The notes beneath the pieces were generated by a model that had not been told where the DNA came from, searched no databases, and worked only from the letters and a program-made list of their open reading frames with translations. 64,000 nucleotides of DNA from an uncultured cyanobacterium (GTDB lineage Bacteria > Cyanobacteriota > Cyanobacteriia > Pseudanabaenales > Pseudanabaenaceae), in NCBI GenBank assembly GCA_963703315.1, contig OY969811.1, forward strand, positions 4,480,001 through 4,544,000. The letters are read 5' to 3'. The translations under genes and the position numbers were made by a program. This document shows positions 1-9,472 of this stretch, one piece after another. The first letter of the stretch is position 1; the number at the start of each line of letters is the position of its first letter.

Positions 1-923
1 AATACTTCGGTCTGTTTATGCAGTTCTAATGGATTAAGAACTTGAAATAAACTGCTACGAGTGATAATCCCTAATAGCTCTCCTTGCTCATTAGTTACCG
101 CTAGTCGATGGACTAACCTCTCCTCCATGCTACGATACAATGCCCAGAGGGAGTCTTCAGGACTAGCCGTAATAATTGGCGCACTCATTACATCCTGAGC
201 TAGATAGGCTTCCAAATCTAATCCTAATGATTGAAATTGCACAATATCTCGCTCAGTCACAATTCCAATAGGAATTTGCCTCGTTTCTGCTTGTCGATCC
301 GACTGCACAATAATTACAGAACTAATGTGGTGATCAAACATCAGTTGAGTAATTGCCAGCATTGAACTATTGGCAGTTGCCCAAATAACTTCACGGGTCA
401 TCACTTCTGATACTGTGCGCGATCGCAGGATATCCTCATGACTGGTAATTTGCCTGATACTCTCATGGGTCAATAATCCTACTAAATGGTTCTGTTCACT
501 TAAAATCGGTATATGGCGAATGCGATATTTTTGAAGTAGATTCGCCACAAAAAATAAATTGGGAAAAGTAGATTCATTCAGTGTAACCACAGGATAGGTC
601 ATCACATCCCTTACTAGTAAGTCATCCAAAGATCGCTTTTGAGCAGTTAGTCTTACGATATCGCGTTCTGTGAGAATACCAACTAATTTTTCATCTCTCA
701 ATACGATGACACAACTTGATTTCGCCTCTAGCTGCATAACTTCCAATTGATCAGACTCAGTTCTAATGGTTGTGCAGACAGAATGTTTCGTACTCATCAT
801 CCTAATTGCATCAATCACCATTGTGTCGGGTGAAATCGTCAAAGGATTACGAATGATCGCAGAACTCAATGACCTTAATTCTGATTTAGTGAAAGTCGTA
901 CTAGTAAGCATTGTATTTGTCAT
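1..923 (-). CDS. N-terminal part of a multi-CBS-domain signalling protein (runs off the window start)
   Basis: Manual translation of the minus strand from ATG 923: MTNTMLTS...LVGILTERDIVRL...IRHIPIL...LVGLLTHESIRQ...IGIVTERDIVQ...LLGIITRSSL. Four CBS-like repeats, open to position 1. Confidence 0.8.
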   Translation of the reverse strand, partial: MTNTMLTSTTFTKSELRSLSSAIIRNPLTISPDTMVIDAIRMMSTKHSVCTTIRTESDQLEVMQLEAKSSCVIVLRDEKLVGILTERDIVRLTAQKRSLDDLLVRDVMTYPVVTLNESTFPNLFFVANLLQKYRIRHIPILSEQNHLVGLLTHESIRQITSHEDILRSRTVSEVMTREVIWATANSSMLAITQLMFDHHISSVIIVQSDRQAETRQIPIGIVTERDIVQFQSLGLDLEAYLAQDVMSAPIITASPEDSLWALYRSMEERLVHRLAVTNEQGELLGIITRSSLFQVLNPLELHKQTEV

Positions 924-1166
924 GAAAACCTTAAAAATGAAAGAATAGACAAGGATTCCTAATATTTGTCTCGAAATACTACTTGCTATGTTCAAATATT
1001 CCTTAATAATACGAGATATCTAGAATAGGCATTGTTTTTACTTATCTCAATAGTCTTGCTTATCCTCAAATATTTGTTCAATTTCCCATAGATTGGTTAT
1101 TACACTTAGTATTGGAATATACTTTGGATATAAAGAGATTGTTAAATTTTAAAGAGATTCTTAATA

Positions 1167-1661
1167 ATGTATCCCCAAAGACTTGAACCGCAAGCAGGAC
1201 AGGAATCTGTTTGGGATTATCCCCGTCCAGCGATTTTAGAAGATACGGATAAGTATATTCGTGTGATTTGTAATGGAATTGTCTTAGCTGAAACGCAAAG
1301 GGCTAAGCGAGTTCTTGAAACCAGTCATCCACCTTGCTATTATATTCCTATGGAAGATATTAAAATGGAATATCTAGTTGCCACCTCCCGCCGCACTCGC
1401 TGCGAATGGAAAGGTATTAGTGAATATTATGATGTGGCGATCGCTGATAAATATATTCAGAATGCCGCATGGCGATATACGATCCCCACTCCTAATTTTG
1501 AAGATATCCAAAACTCGATCAGTTTCTACGGCAGCCTTATGGATGCTTGCTATGTTAATGATGAATTAATCACGCCCCAAGCAGGTGATTTCTACGGCGG
1601 CTGGATCACTTCCGATATTGTAGGACCGTTTAAAGGTGAATTAGGAACTTGGGGCTGGTAA
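1167..1661 (+). CDS. DUF427 family protein
   Basis: ESVWDYPRP, ETSHPP.YY, CEWKG, AAWRY and FYGGWIT motifs. Confidence 0.8.
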   Translation: MYPQRLEPQAGQESVWDYPRPAILEDTDKYIRVICNGIVLAETQRAKRVLETSHPPCYYIPMEDIKMEYLVATSRRTRCEWKGISEYYDVAIADKYIQNAAWRYTIPTPNFEDIQNSISFYGSLMDACYVNDELITPQAGDFYGGWITSDIVGPFKGELGTWGW

Positions 1662-1664
1662 TAC

Positions 1665-1703
1665 AGTTTAGGTTGGTGGCGCTTTGCGCCACCAACCTAA
1701 ACT
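1665..1703. repeat. Perfect hairpin with GCGC-NNN-GCGC core (REP-like family)
   Basis: AGTTTAGGTTGGTGGCGC-TTT-GCGCCACCAACCTAAACT, 18-bp arms. Confidence 0.8.
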
Positions 1704-1729
1704 ATCTAAATCTGATTTGGTAGGAGAGT

Positions 1730-3547
1730 ATGACAGCAAACTTTTGGGATATAGTCCTTTATTTCCGACGCTATCGGACAATGGCGATCTGGAGCATTAC
1801 AGGTTCCAGTTTATTTGAGATTATTGACTTAACTGTTCCCTATGCCGTTGGGCAAATCCTGAATGTATTGTCAGGGCGATCGCTTGATCACGAAATCAAT
1901 AGCTTAGTAACGGCTACGGCGGCGTTATTTGGACAACCTGTTAATCAAACTAGTAGCTTAATTATTCTGTCAGGATTGATCTTTGTGGTGACGGTGATCC
2001 GTGCGCCAATTCAGGTGTGGGTTGCCAATAATTTCCATTGGGAAATTGCGCTCAAAACTCGTCGCGATCGCACCCAAAAGGCGATCGCCAAAATCTTGAC
2101 CTTACCGATTGAATTTTACGATGAGAATAATGCGGGACGGATTGCGGGTAGGGTGGCGCGTGGTTTAGCCAATCATATGTGGTCATATCCTGAAATCGCA
2201 GGGCAGTTAATTCCTAAAGTCGTGCGAATTCTCGGCATTTTTGTGATTATCTGCGCGATCGCATGGTGGATTTCGGCATTCTTTTTAGTCTCATTTATTT
2301 TAGTACTATTGGGAAGTTTGCAAAAACTCAAGGGATTAGTTAAAACAGAAGAAAACCTCGATATCTATCAAGAGAATACGGAAAGTCGCACTTCTGAAAT
2401 TATTACCAATATCAAAACTGTGAAGGCTTTTGCCAATGAAGCGAAGGAATATAAGCGCCAACGCGATCGCCTCGAACGGGAAGCAAAGGTATCTCTCTGG
2501 GGCATTCATATCGGTTATGTGAAGTTGGGCATGGTGCGCGATACGGTGCTAGAAGCCTGTCAATTTGTCGTGTTTGGCGCAGCCCTATTTGCAACTTTGG
2601 GCGGCAAGATGTCGATTGGACATTTCATTACTATTTCTACTTTAGCAAGCATGGCATATTCGGAAATCAAGCCAATTTGTCTATTAGCCGAAGTCTTTGC
2701 CCGTCGCTATTCCTCCATGTTGCGCTTCCATGAGTTCATGAAACAAGCCAATGGACAGGATGCCGCGATCGCTTTACATCCCGATACCAAATATCCGCAG
2801 TATCACTTTGATGGCAAAGTAGAGTTTCGCAATCTTACCTTTGGCTACGATCGCGATCGCCCTGTTCTTGAAAATATTCAATTCACCATCGAACCTTATG
2901 AAACAGTTGCATTAGTCGGAAAATCTGGTTCTGGCAAATCCACATTAGTGAAGTTATTATTCCGTTACTTCGAGCCGATTGGCGGCAGTATTTTGATTGA
3001 CGGCACAAGTATTACTGACCTTGATATTACGGGCTATCGTAAACGTTTAGCGATCGTGCATCAGGAAGTGGATATCTTTAATGGAACCTTAATGGATAAT
3101 CTCATTTATGGCAATCCTACAGCAACTTTTGAGCAGGTCAAAGAAGCCTGTGCGATCGCTAGTGTGGATGAGTTTATCCATCTCTTACCACGCGGCTATA
3201 ACACCATTGTCGGTGAGCGCGGGGTGAGACTTTCTGGTGGTCAGCGTCAAAGGTTGGGCATTGCACGGGCGCTGTTAGTCAATCCCGATATTCTGATCTT
3301 TGATGAAGCTACTTCTAGTCTTGATTATGAATCTGAGCGATCGATTCAACTTGCCATGCGTCGGATTCAGGGAACCTGCACCACGATTGTGATTGCTCAC
3401 CGTCTTAGCACTGTGCGCGAAGCCGATAAAATTGTAGTTTTAGATAAAGGTCAAGTTGTGGAAATTGGCTCCCATCAACAACTTCTATCGCAAGGTGGGA
3501 TCTATCATCGCTTACATTCACTCCAAGAAACAGGAGAACTGCTGTAA
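1730..3547 (+). CDS. ABC exporter, fused permease/ATPase (MsbA-like)
   Basis: N-terminal TM domain, Walker A GKSGSGKST, signature LSGGQRQR, DEATSSLD. Confidence 0.9.
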   Translation: MTANFWDIVLYFRRYRTMAIWSITGSSLFEIIDLTVPYAVGQILNVLSGRSLDHEINSLVTATAALFGQPVNQTSSLIILSGLIFVVTVIRAPIQVWVANNFHWEIALKTRRDRTQKAIAKILTLPIEFYDENNAGRIAGRVARGLANHMWSYPEIAGQLIPKVVRILGIFVIICAIAWWISAFFLVSFILVLLGSLQKLKGLVKTEENLDIYQENTESRTSEIITNIKTVKAFANEAKEYKRQRDRLEREAKVSLWGIHIGYVKLGMVRDTVLEACQFVVFGAALFATLGGKMSIGHFITISTLASMAYSEIKPICLLAEVFARRYSSMLRFHEFMKQANGQDAAIALHPDTKYPQYHFDGKVEFRNLTFGYDRDRPVLENIQFTIEPYETVALVGKSGSGKSTLVKLLFRYFEPIGGSILIDGTSITDLDITGYRKRLAIVHQEVDIFNGTLMDNLIYGNPTATFEQVKEACAIASVDEFIHLLPRGYNTIVGERGVRLSGGQRQRLGIARALLVNPDILIFDEATSSLDYESERSIQLAMRRIQGTCTTIVIAHRLSTVREADKIVVLDKGQVVEIGSHQQLLSQGGIYHRLHSLQETGELL

Positions 3548-3659
3548 TTTAGTGAATGATGGCGCTTAGCGCCATCATTCGCTTTTGTTGTGCGAATTAA
3601 AAACTAAATCCAGTAATATCACAGCTAAGAAATGGCGTAGCCATTTCTTAGCTGTGATA

Positions 3660-4691
3660 TTACTTAAAAGGCGTATATTTACCACCCAAGCCTTCAACAA
3701 TTGTGCGCGTATTCGCAATCAACATCCCTGCGTAGGTTTCTGCCTCACTACCCTGCGCTCCCAATCCATCAGCGTATAGTTCGCGATCGCTAACCTTAAC
3801 ATTGGCTTCTTTAGCAACAGCATTAATCAACTTAGGATTGATGGATACTTCTGCAAAAATTGTCGGTACTTTGCTAGATTTAATCACTTCAACTAATTCT
3901 TTAACTCTTGTCGGTGTTGCTTGTTCCTCAGTACTAATGCCATTCAATGCACCTTCAACGGGAATATTGTATGCCTTAGCGTAATAACCCAAAGCATCAT
4001 GGGTAGTAATCAATTTACGCGAATCAACAGGAATCGTAGCAATTTGCACTTTGATCCAAGCATCAATTTGTTCTAATTCATTTACAAGTTTTACAGTATT
4101 TTTTGCATAGGTTTCCGATTGATCGGGGCGTAGTGTACTCAAGCTTTTACTGATTGCCTGCGCGATTTTGATCCCATTTTGAGCATCATTCCAAACATGA
4201 GGATCGGCTTCCTTTCCCTCTTTATCTTTTTTATCCTGATCATGATCGTGATTATGTCCGACTTCTGCAATCAAAGGACGCAGCACTGCAACTTCATTCA
4301 CAGCAACTTTGGGAGAACTATTAGAACTTGCCTGAATCAGTTTGATCAAGTTCGCCTCAAAGTTATAACCACCATAGAGAACTAACTTAGCAGAGTCGAT
4401 CGCTTTGCGATCTTCAGGTTTAGGTTGATAGAGATGGACATCCGTACCACCCTCAACCAAGCATTTCAGGTCAATTGTATTGTCTGCAATTTGCCTCGCA
4501 AGATCACAAATAACAGAGTTGGTTGCCACGACTAAGGGTAGACTTTCAGTTTTAGCGGTGGTAGTAGTGGTGATCGGATTATTCGATGAGTTGCTTGGAT
4601 TTAAGCTACAAGAGGTCATGCTAGTAGCGATCGCTATTAAAAACCACAGCAGAGACTTTGAGAATAATTTTGTAGATAAATTTGAAGACAT
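3660..4691 (-). CDS. znuA: Zn/Mn ABC transporter substrate-binding lipoprotein (ZnuA/TroA family)
   Basis: Lipoprotein signal (TSC), DVHLY, His-rich loop HNHDHD, DPHVW, THDALGY; Zur box upstream. Confidence 0.8.
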   Translation of the reverse strand: MSSNLSTKLFSKSLLWFLIAIATSMTSCSLNPSNSSNNPITTTTTAKTESLPLVVATNSVICDLARQIADNTIDLKCLVEGGTDVHLYQPKPEDRKAIDSAKLVLYGGYNFEANLIKLIQASSNSSPKVAVNEVAVLRPLIAEVGHNHDHDQDKKDKEGKEADPHVWNDAQNGIKIAQAISKSLSTLRPDQSETYAKNTVKLVNELEQIDAWIKVQIATIPVDSRKLITTHDALGYYAKAYNIPVEGALNGISTEEQATPTRVKELVEVIKSSKVPTIFAEVSINPKLINAVAKEANVKVSDRELYADGLGAQGSEAETYAGMLIANTRTIVEGLGGKYTPFK

Positions 4692-4708
4692 CTGGAGATT
4701 TTTAAATA

Positions 4709-4725
4709 ATGATAATCATTATCAT
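4709..4725. promoter_or_regulatory. Zur box
   Basis: Perfect palindrome ATGATAATCATTATCAT matching the cyanobacterial Zur consensus TGATAATNATTATCA, about 18 bp upstream of the znuA-like start. Confidence 0.8.
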
Positions 4726-4789
4726 AATATCTTTGAAGAAATATTTGTTAGTGTCATAATTTATTTGCGCCCAAAACGATGATCCCCAC

Positions 4790-4980
4790 GTAGGGGCAAA
4801 GCATTCCCACAAAAATCCATAAGCTTTCAGATTGTTTTGGTTTGGGAATGCTCTGCCCTGAACTTGCAACGCAGGGACAATTTATCGGTAAAAGCGCAAA
4901 AGGTTTAGCATTTGCGTTTCAAGATGTTTCAAGATTATGTTGAGGAGAATAAAACGTTGGCACAAATGCTAAATCCCTAC
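4790..4980. repeat. GTAG-type REP-like inverted repeats
   Basis: GTAGGGGCAAAGCATTCCC (4790) pairs with GGGAATGCTCTGCCCT (4844); GGTTTAGCATTTG (4902) pairs with CAAATGCTAAATCCCTAC (to 4980). Confidence 0.55.
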
Positions 4981-5113
4981 AAGTGCTTTCTATATTTTAT
5001 TCGTATAACTAATAAATACAAGAAAATACAGATCCGTCTTTAGTTTAGATTACACCTCGCGATTTAGGGAATAATATGCAGTAATTTAATAATGTGTGTT
5101 TATTTAAAGAGAT

Positions 5114-7372
5114 ATGACCCCAACCCTCCCCACCGAGCAAATTGATCGCATTGTGTGGAATCAACACCACGACCCGTTTACAGTCCTTGGTCCCCATGAA
5201 ATTGAGCAAGATGGTAAGTCGGTATGGGTGGTTAGAGCGTATCTACCCGACGCAGAGGCAGTATCCGTAGTTACGCCCGATCAGCACAAGGAATATCCGA
5301 TGCATTCGGTGCATCATCCCCACTTTTTTGAATGCATAATTAGTGACGCGCCCCACCTATTTAGTTACCAATTTAAGGTGAAATCTGGAGGCAGCGATCG
5401 CCTAATTCATGATCCCTACTATTTCAAATCACCACTACTCACCGAATTTGATGCTTACCTATTTGGTGAAGGGACACATTATCAAATTTACGAAAAAATG
5501 GGCGCACACCCCACCACTATTGATGGTGTGAGTGGTGTATATTTTGCAGTTTGGGCTCCCAATGCCCGCAACGTCTCAATCATTGGTGACTTCAATAGCT
5601 GGGACGGACGCAAGCACCAAATGCGTAAAGGCAACACAGGTATTTGGGATCTGTTTATTCCTGAATTAGTTGTTGGCACTGTTTACAAATACGAAATTAA
5701 AAGTCCTGAAGGACATATCTACGAAAAATCTGATCCCTATGGATATTTTCAAGAGGTACGTCCCAAAACTGCTTCAATCGTCACCGATCTCAATACTTAC
5801 GAATGGGGCGATCAGAAATGGCTAGAAACACGACGTTCTGAAGATCCTCTCAAGAAGCCCATCTCGGTTTATGAAATGCATCTTGGCTCATGGATGCACG
5901 CCTCTACTACTAATCCACCTGAAAATGGCTATCCTAGCGTTTCTGCCGCCGATCTCAAGCCAGGGGCAAGATTTCTCACCTATCGTGAACTCGCTGAAGA
6001 TCTGATTCCTTACGTTAAGGAAATGGGCTATACCCATATCGAAATGATGCCCGTTGCTGAGCATCCCTTTGATGGTTCTTGGGGCTATCAGGTGACAGGC
6101 TACTATGCCGCGACCTCACGTTATGGCACGCCTCAAGACTTGATGTACTTCATTGATAAGTGCCACCAAAATAACATTGGGATCATTGTTGATTGGGTTC
6201 CCGCGCACTTTCCCAAGGATGGACATGGTTTATCCTTCTTTGACGGTACATTTCTCTATGAGCCAGCCGATGAGCGCATTGGGGAACATAAAGAATGGGG
6301 AACTAAAATCTTTAACTACAAGCGTAGTGAAGTCAAGAATTTTTTGATTGCCAATGTTCTCTTTTGGTTTGATAAATATCACATCGATGGGATTCGCGTT
6401 GATGCCGTTGCTTCAATGATCTATCGTGACTATAACCGCGAACCAGGTACATGGCTTGCTAATGAGTATGGTGGTCGTGAAAGTCTGGAAGCGATCGAGC
6501 TATTCCGTCACTTGCACAGCATTCTGTTTACCTATTACCCAGGCGCTTTATCCATTGCTGAAGAATCTACTTCTTGGCCAATGGTGACATGGCCCGCCTA
6601 CTCAGGAGGCTTAGGCTTTAACTTGAAGTGGAATATGGGCTGGATGCACGATATGCTCGACTACTTCAAGCTTGATCCCTATTTCCGAGGACATAACAAT
6701 AACTACCTCACTTTTAGTATTTGGTATGCCTTCAGTGAGAACTTTATGTTGGCGCTCTCCCATGATGAAGTGGTGCATGGCAAGAGTCCAATGATCGGCA
6801 AGATGCCAGGGGATGAGTGGCAGAAGTTTGCCAACCTGCGCTGTCTCTATGGCTATATGTTCACTCACCCTGGCAAGAAAACCATGTTCATGGGCATGGA
6901 GTTTGGTCAGTGGGCAGAATGGAATGTTTGGGGCGATTTGGAATGGCATTTGCTGCAATATCCTAGCCACAAGACACTTCAGAGATATGTGAGTGATCTC
7001 AACAAACTTTTGCGATCGCTACCTGAACTCTATACCCAAGATTTCTCAGAAGCTGGTTTTGAATGGATTGAGTGCAACGACACCCAAAACTCGGTGATAT
7101 CTTTCTTACGCAAAGCCGAAGATGGTGAGTTTGTGTTGGTAGTTTGTAACTTTACACCTGTTCCCCATCATAATTATCGTGTTGGTGTTCCTGAGAGAGG
7201 ATTCTATAAAGAAGTTCTCAACAGCGATGCTCCTATCTATGGTGGTACTGGTATTGGCAATCTTGGCGGCAAGTATACCGATGATTATGGTACGCATGGT
7301 AAACCTTACTCCATTGATGTGACTGCTCCTCCTTTAGGCGTGGTTGTCCTGAAATATCGAGGCGAAGTATAA
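5114..7372 (+). CDS. glgB: 1,4-alpha-glucan branching enzyme
   Basis: FAVWAPNA, SWGYQ, DWVPAHF, DGIRVDAVASM, AEEST, SHDEVVHGK. Confidence 0.97.
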   Translation: MTPTLPTEQIDRIVWNQHHDPFTVLGPHEIEQDGKSVWVVRAYLPDAEAVSVVTPDQHKEYPMHSVHHPHFFECIISDAPHLFSYQFKVKSGGSDRLIHDPYYFKSPLLTEFDAYLFGEGTHYQIYEKMGAHPTTIDGVSGVYFAVWAPNARNVSIIGDFNSWDGRKHQMRKGNTGIWDLFIPELVVGTVYKYEIKSPEGHIYEKSDPYGYFQEVRPKTASIVTDLNTYEWGDQKWLETRRSEDPLKKPISVYEMHLGSWMHASTTNPPENGYPSVSAADLKPGARFLTYRELAEDLIPYVKEMGYTHIEMMPVAEHPFDGSWGYQVTGYYAATSRYGTPQDLMYFIDKCHQNNIGIIVDWVPAHFPKDGHGLSFFDGTFLYEPADERIGEHKEWGTKIFNYKRSEVKNFLIANVLFWFDKYHIDGIRVDAVASMIYRDYNREPGTWLANEYGGRESLEAIELFRHLHSILFTYYPGALSIAEESTSWPMVTWPAYSGGLGFNLKWNMGWMHDMLDYFKLDPYFRGHNNNYLTFSIWYAFSENFMLALSHDEVVHGKSPMIGKMPGDEWQKFANLRCLYGYMFTHPGKKTMFMGMEFGQWAEWNVWGDLEWHLLQYPSHKTLQRYVSDLNKLLRSLPELYTQDFSEAGFEWIECNDTQNSVISFLRKAEDGEFVLVVCNFTPVPHHNYRVGVPERGFYKEVLNSDAPIYGGTGIGNLGGKYTDDYGTHGKPYSIDVTAPPLGVVVLKYRGEV

Positions 7373-7471
7373 CGATCGCTAGCTTGTTTTCATAAAAAAG
7401 GGGCGCAATGCGCCCTTTTTTTATACGCCGCGAAAATCTATCACTATATCCATTTTTTCAATAATGTTTTC

Positions 7472-8239
7472 TTATAGAGAAAAGGATGAGCGAAGCTTTT
7501 GCTCAATCCTCCTTTCATCTAGATCGCTACTCAATGCTGTAGATTTGGGGCAAGTTCTAGTTTTAGAATTACATTGGCGTAAAAACTCTTGTTGCCAACT
7601 ATAAGGAATGGATAGTAAATCTCTAGCTCCCGTCATTCCCTGACCGATAAATAGAAGCAAAGCAAAGCAATTTAGAATTATGTGGATATTCCGCCAGCGA
7701 TTTTGTTTATCCTTGTAGATATCTTGAGTAATAGCTATCGAAACGATCATTAATATTGCCGCCACAAGACCATAGTAATAATGGGAAAAGAACCATTCAT
7801 TGTCGCGTCGAAATACTTCTGGTTGCGCCCCTAACACAATCAATCCCATTGATGTTGCCGCAGCAAAAATATTACGCCATATTCTGACCTTTGCTTTAAA
7901 CAGAAATGTAAAGGTAGCAATAGTGCCAATAAAAATAGCGATTACTAAAAATGCTCGTACAGGCTCTTTGGAGAAGATATCATTTTTGAGAAACTTAGAA
8001 GAAATGGGATAAGCCATCCCCAATAGAGCGACACCTACCACTGAGATGCTCAACCAGTGACCACCCTCTACATGTTCAGATCCCACAACTGGGGGGATTT
8101 TACTTTTTTCGCCGTTGATGACTTGCAAACGACGCTGACGAACCAGCCAAGCGCGATTGGTCACAATGCCAATCAAGGGAAACACTACAATAATAGCGAT
8201 CGCAGGATGTACTAAAGCAAAAAAGTCTTCCAGTTCCAT
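7472..8239 (-). CDS. Integral membrane protein, DUF4079-like
   Basis: Multiple TM helices with conserved His residues; ATG 8239 (MELEDFF) is the likely start. Confidence 0.6.
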   Translation of the reverse strand: MELEDFFALVHPAIAIIVVFPLIGIVTNRAWLVRQRRLQVINGEKSKIPPVVGSEHVEGGHWLSISVVGVALLGMAYPISSKFLKNDIFSKEPVRAFLVIAIFIGTIATFTFLFKAKVRIWRNIFAAATSMGLIVLGAQPEVFRRDNEWFFSHYYYGLVAAILMIVSIAITQDIYKDKQNRWRNIHIILNCFALLLFIGQGMTGARDLLSIPYSWQQEFLRQCNSKTRTCPKSTALSSDLDERRIEQKLRSSFSL

Positions 8240-8384
8240 GGTCTTAATCCACGAATGATAGCTGTTGCCATTTGTCCTATAGGACAAACGGCAACAGCTA
8301 TCATATAGCAATTTTCTAAAAACCCCAAAAGAGATGGGTTACAACGCAACCCATCTCTTTTGGGATAACAATAATTATGTAAGT

Positions 8385-8678
8385 TTAAGAAGCATTGGCG
8401 AATAGGCGATCGCCCGATTCATAACCCTTATGTATATCGCTTTGATGATGCTTCCATGTACGTGAATTGAGAAATCTGGGTAACGCAACTTTACTAGTCG
8501 GAACTATATCAATAACCTGATGCTGTTCTGGCAAGTTGTAATCTTGGTCAAGATCTTGGGCAAAATCCTGTGCATCTCTCTCGATTTCACTTAAAACCTG
8601 TAAAGCCAGATGGAGATGAGCTTCCAGATAGTTAATTCGATTTTGTAGTGCTTCGATGGTCGCTTCTTGTGTGTTCAT
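8385..8678 (-). CDS. Hypothetical protein (coiled-coil N-terminus)
   Basis: 97-aa ORF with GGAGG ribosome-binding site just upstream on the minus strand. Confidence 0.65.
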   Translation of the reverse strand: MNTQEATIEALQNRINYLEAHLHLALQVLSEIERDAQDFAQDLDQDYNLPEQHQVIDIVPTSKVALPRFLNSRTWKHHQSDIHKGYESGDRLFANAS

Positions 8679-9045
8679 AACATGACCTCCATCAGTGGGC
8701 TAATACTGATCTTTACCAATCCAAATATTTGAGACAGAGTGTAGTCTTTAAATCCACACTGTATCCTCCTGCAAAAGGATGATCCTACAAGAGAAGTGCG
8801 GTGTAAATTACAGGCAACGAATCCTAAGGGGATTTGAGAAAGAAGTTCCCAAGTATGGATATACGGAAGAATAAATTTATCTAATCCGAGGTAAATGAGG
8901 ACAGAGAGGGAACCGAAAAACTATTTAAGATTTTGTGTGGTGCGGCGAGGCCGTACAAGATCTGTTTTTTATTTTACTGCGCGTCCCCAAATCTTGTAGT
9001 TGCCTTACAGCAATAGCACACGTTTGCGAATAATTAATGAACAAG

Positions 9046-9162
9046 CTATAGCAAAAAAAGAGTTAGCTAGTACAAACCAAAACCCAAGAAGCGAGTTGCG
9101 GCGCTTCGCGCCGCAACTCATCTTCTGGTTTTATGTCCTAAGCAAAACTTGCTTTGCTATAT
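9046..9162. repeat. ~115-bp MITE-like element with central GCGC hairpin
   Basis: TATAGCAAA...TTTGCTATA termini, internal GAGTTGCGGCGC-TTC-GCGCCGCAACTC; relatives at about 21310, 43761 and 44221. Confidence 0.6.
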
Positions 9163-9190
9163 AAATGCTTATCAGATAAAAATGAATACA

Positions 9191-9241
9191 AACCCTAAAA
9201 GCAAGTGGCGGCGCTTTGCGCCGCCACTTGCTTTTAGGGTT
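9191..9241. repeat. Perfect 24-bp-arm hairpin (REP-like family)
   Basis: AACCCTAAAAGCAAGTGGCGGCGC-TTT-GCGCCGCCACTTGCTTTTAGGGTT. Confidence 0.8.
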
Positions 9242-9472
9242 CTGCCCCAATTTCTATGACTATATATCTGGAAATGATACCCAAATTGAGATCGCTGATT
9301 TGATTGTCTTAGTGTATAATTCGGGCGTTCTATGTACTTTATTTTTTGAATATATAGAATTAATTGTTTTAGTACGTTAGATACGGAGCATCTTTTTTAG
9401 AGAGGCAAACAGGTTGGCATTATCGGCGTTCAGATCGGCATTTCCAATTGAAGTTTTGGGTAGAAAAGCAAA

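Noticed and set aside
766..948. 60-aa + strand ORF and the many other short ORFs overlapping well-supported genes
   Set aside because: Shadow ORFs with no recognisable motifs; here the real gene is the minus-strand CBS protein.
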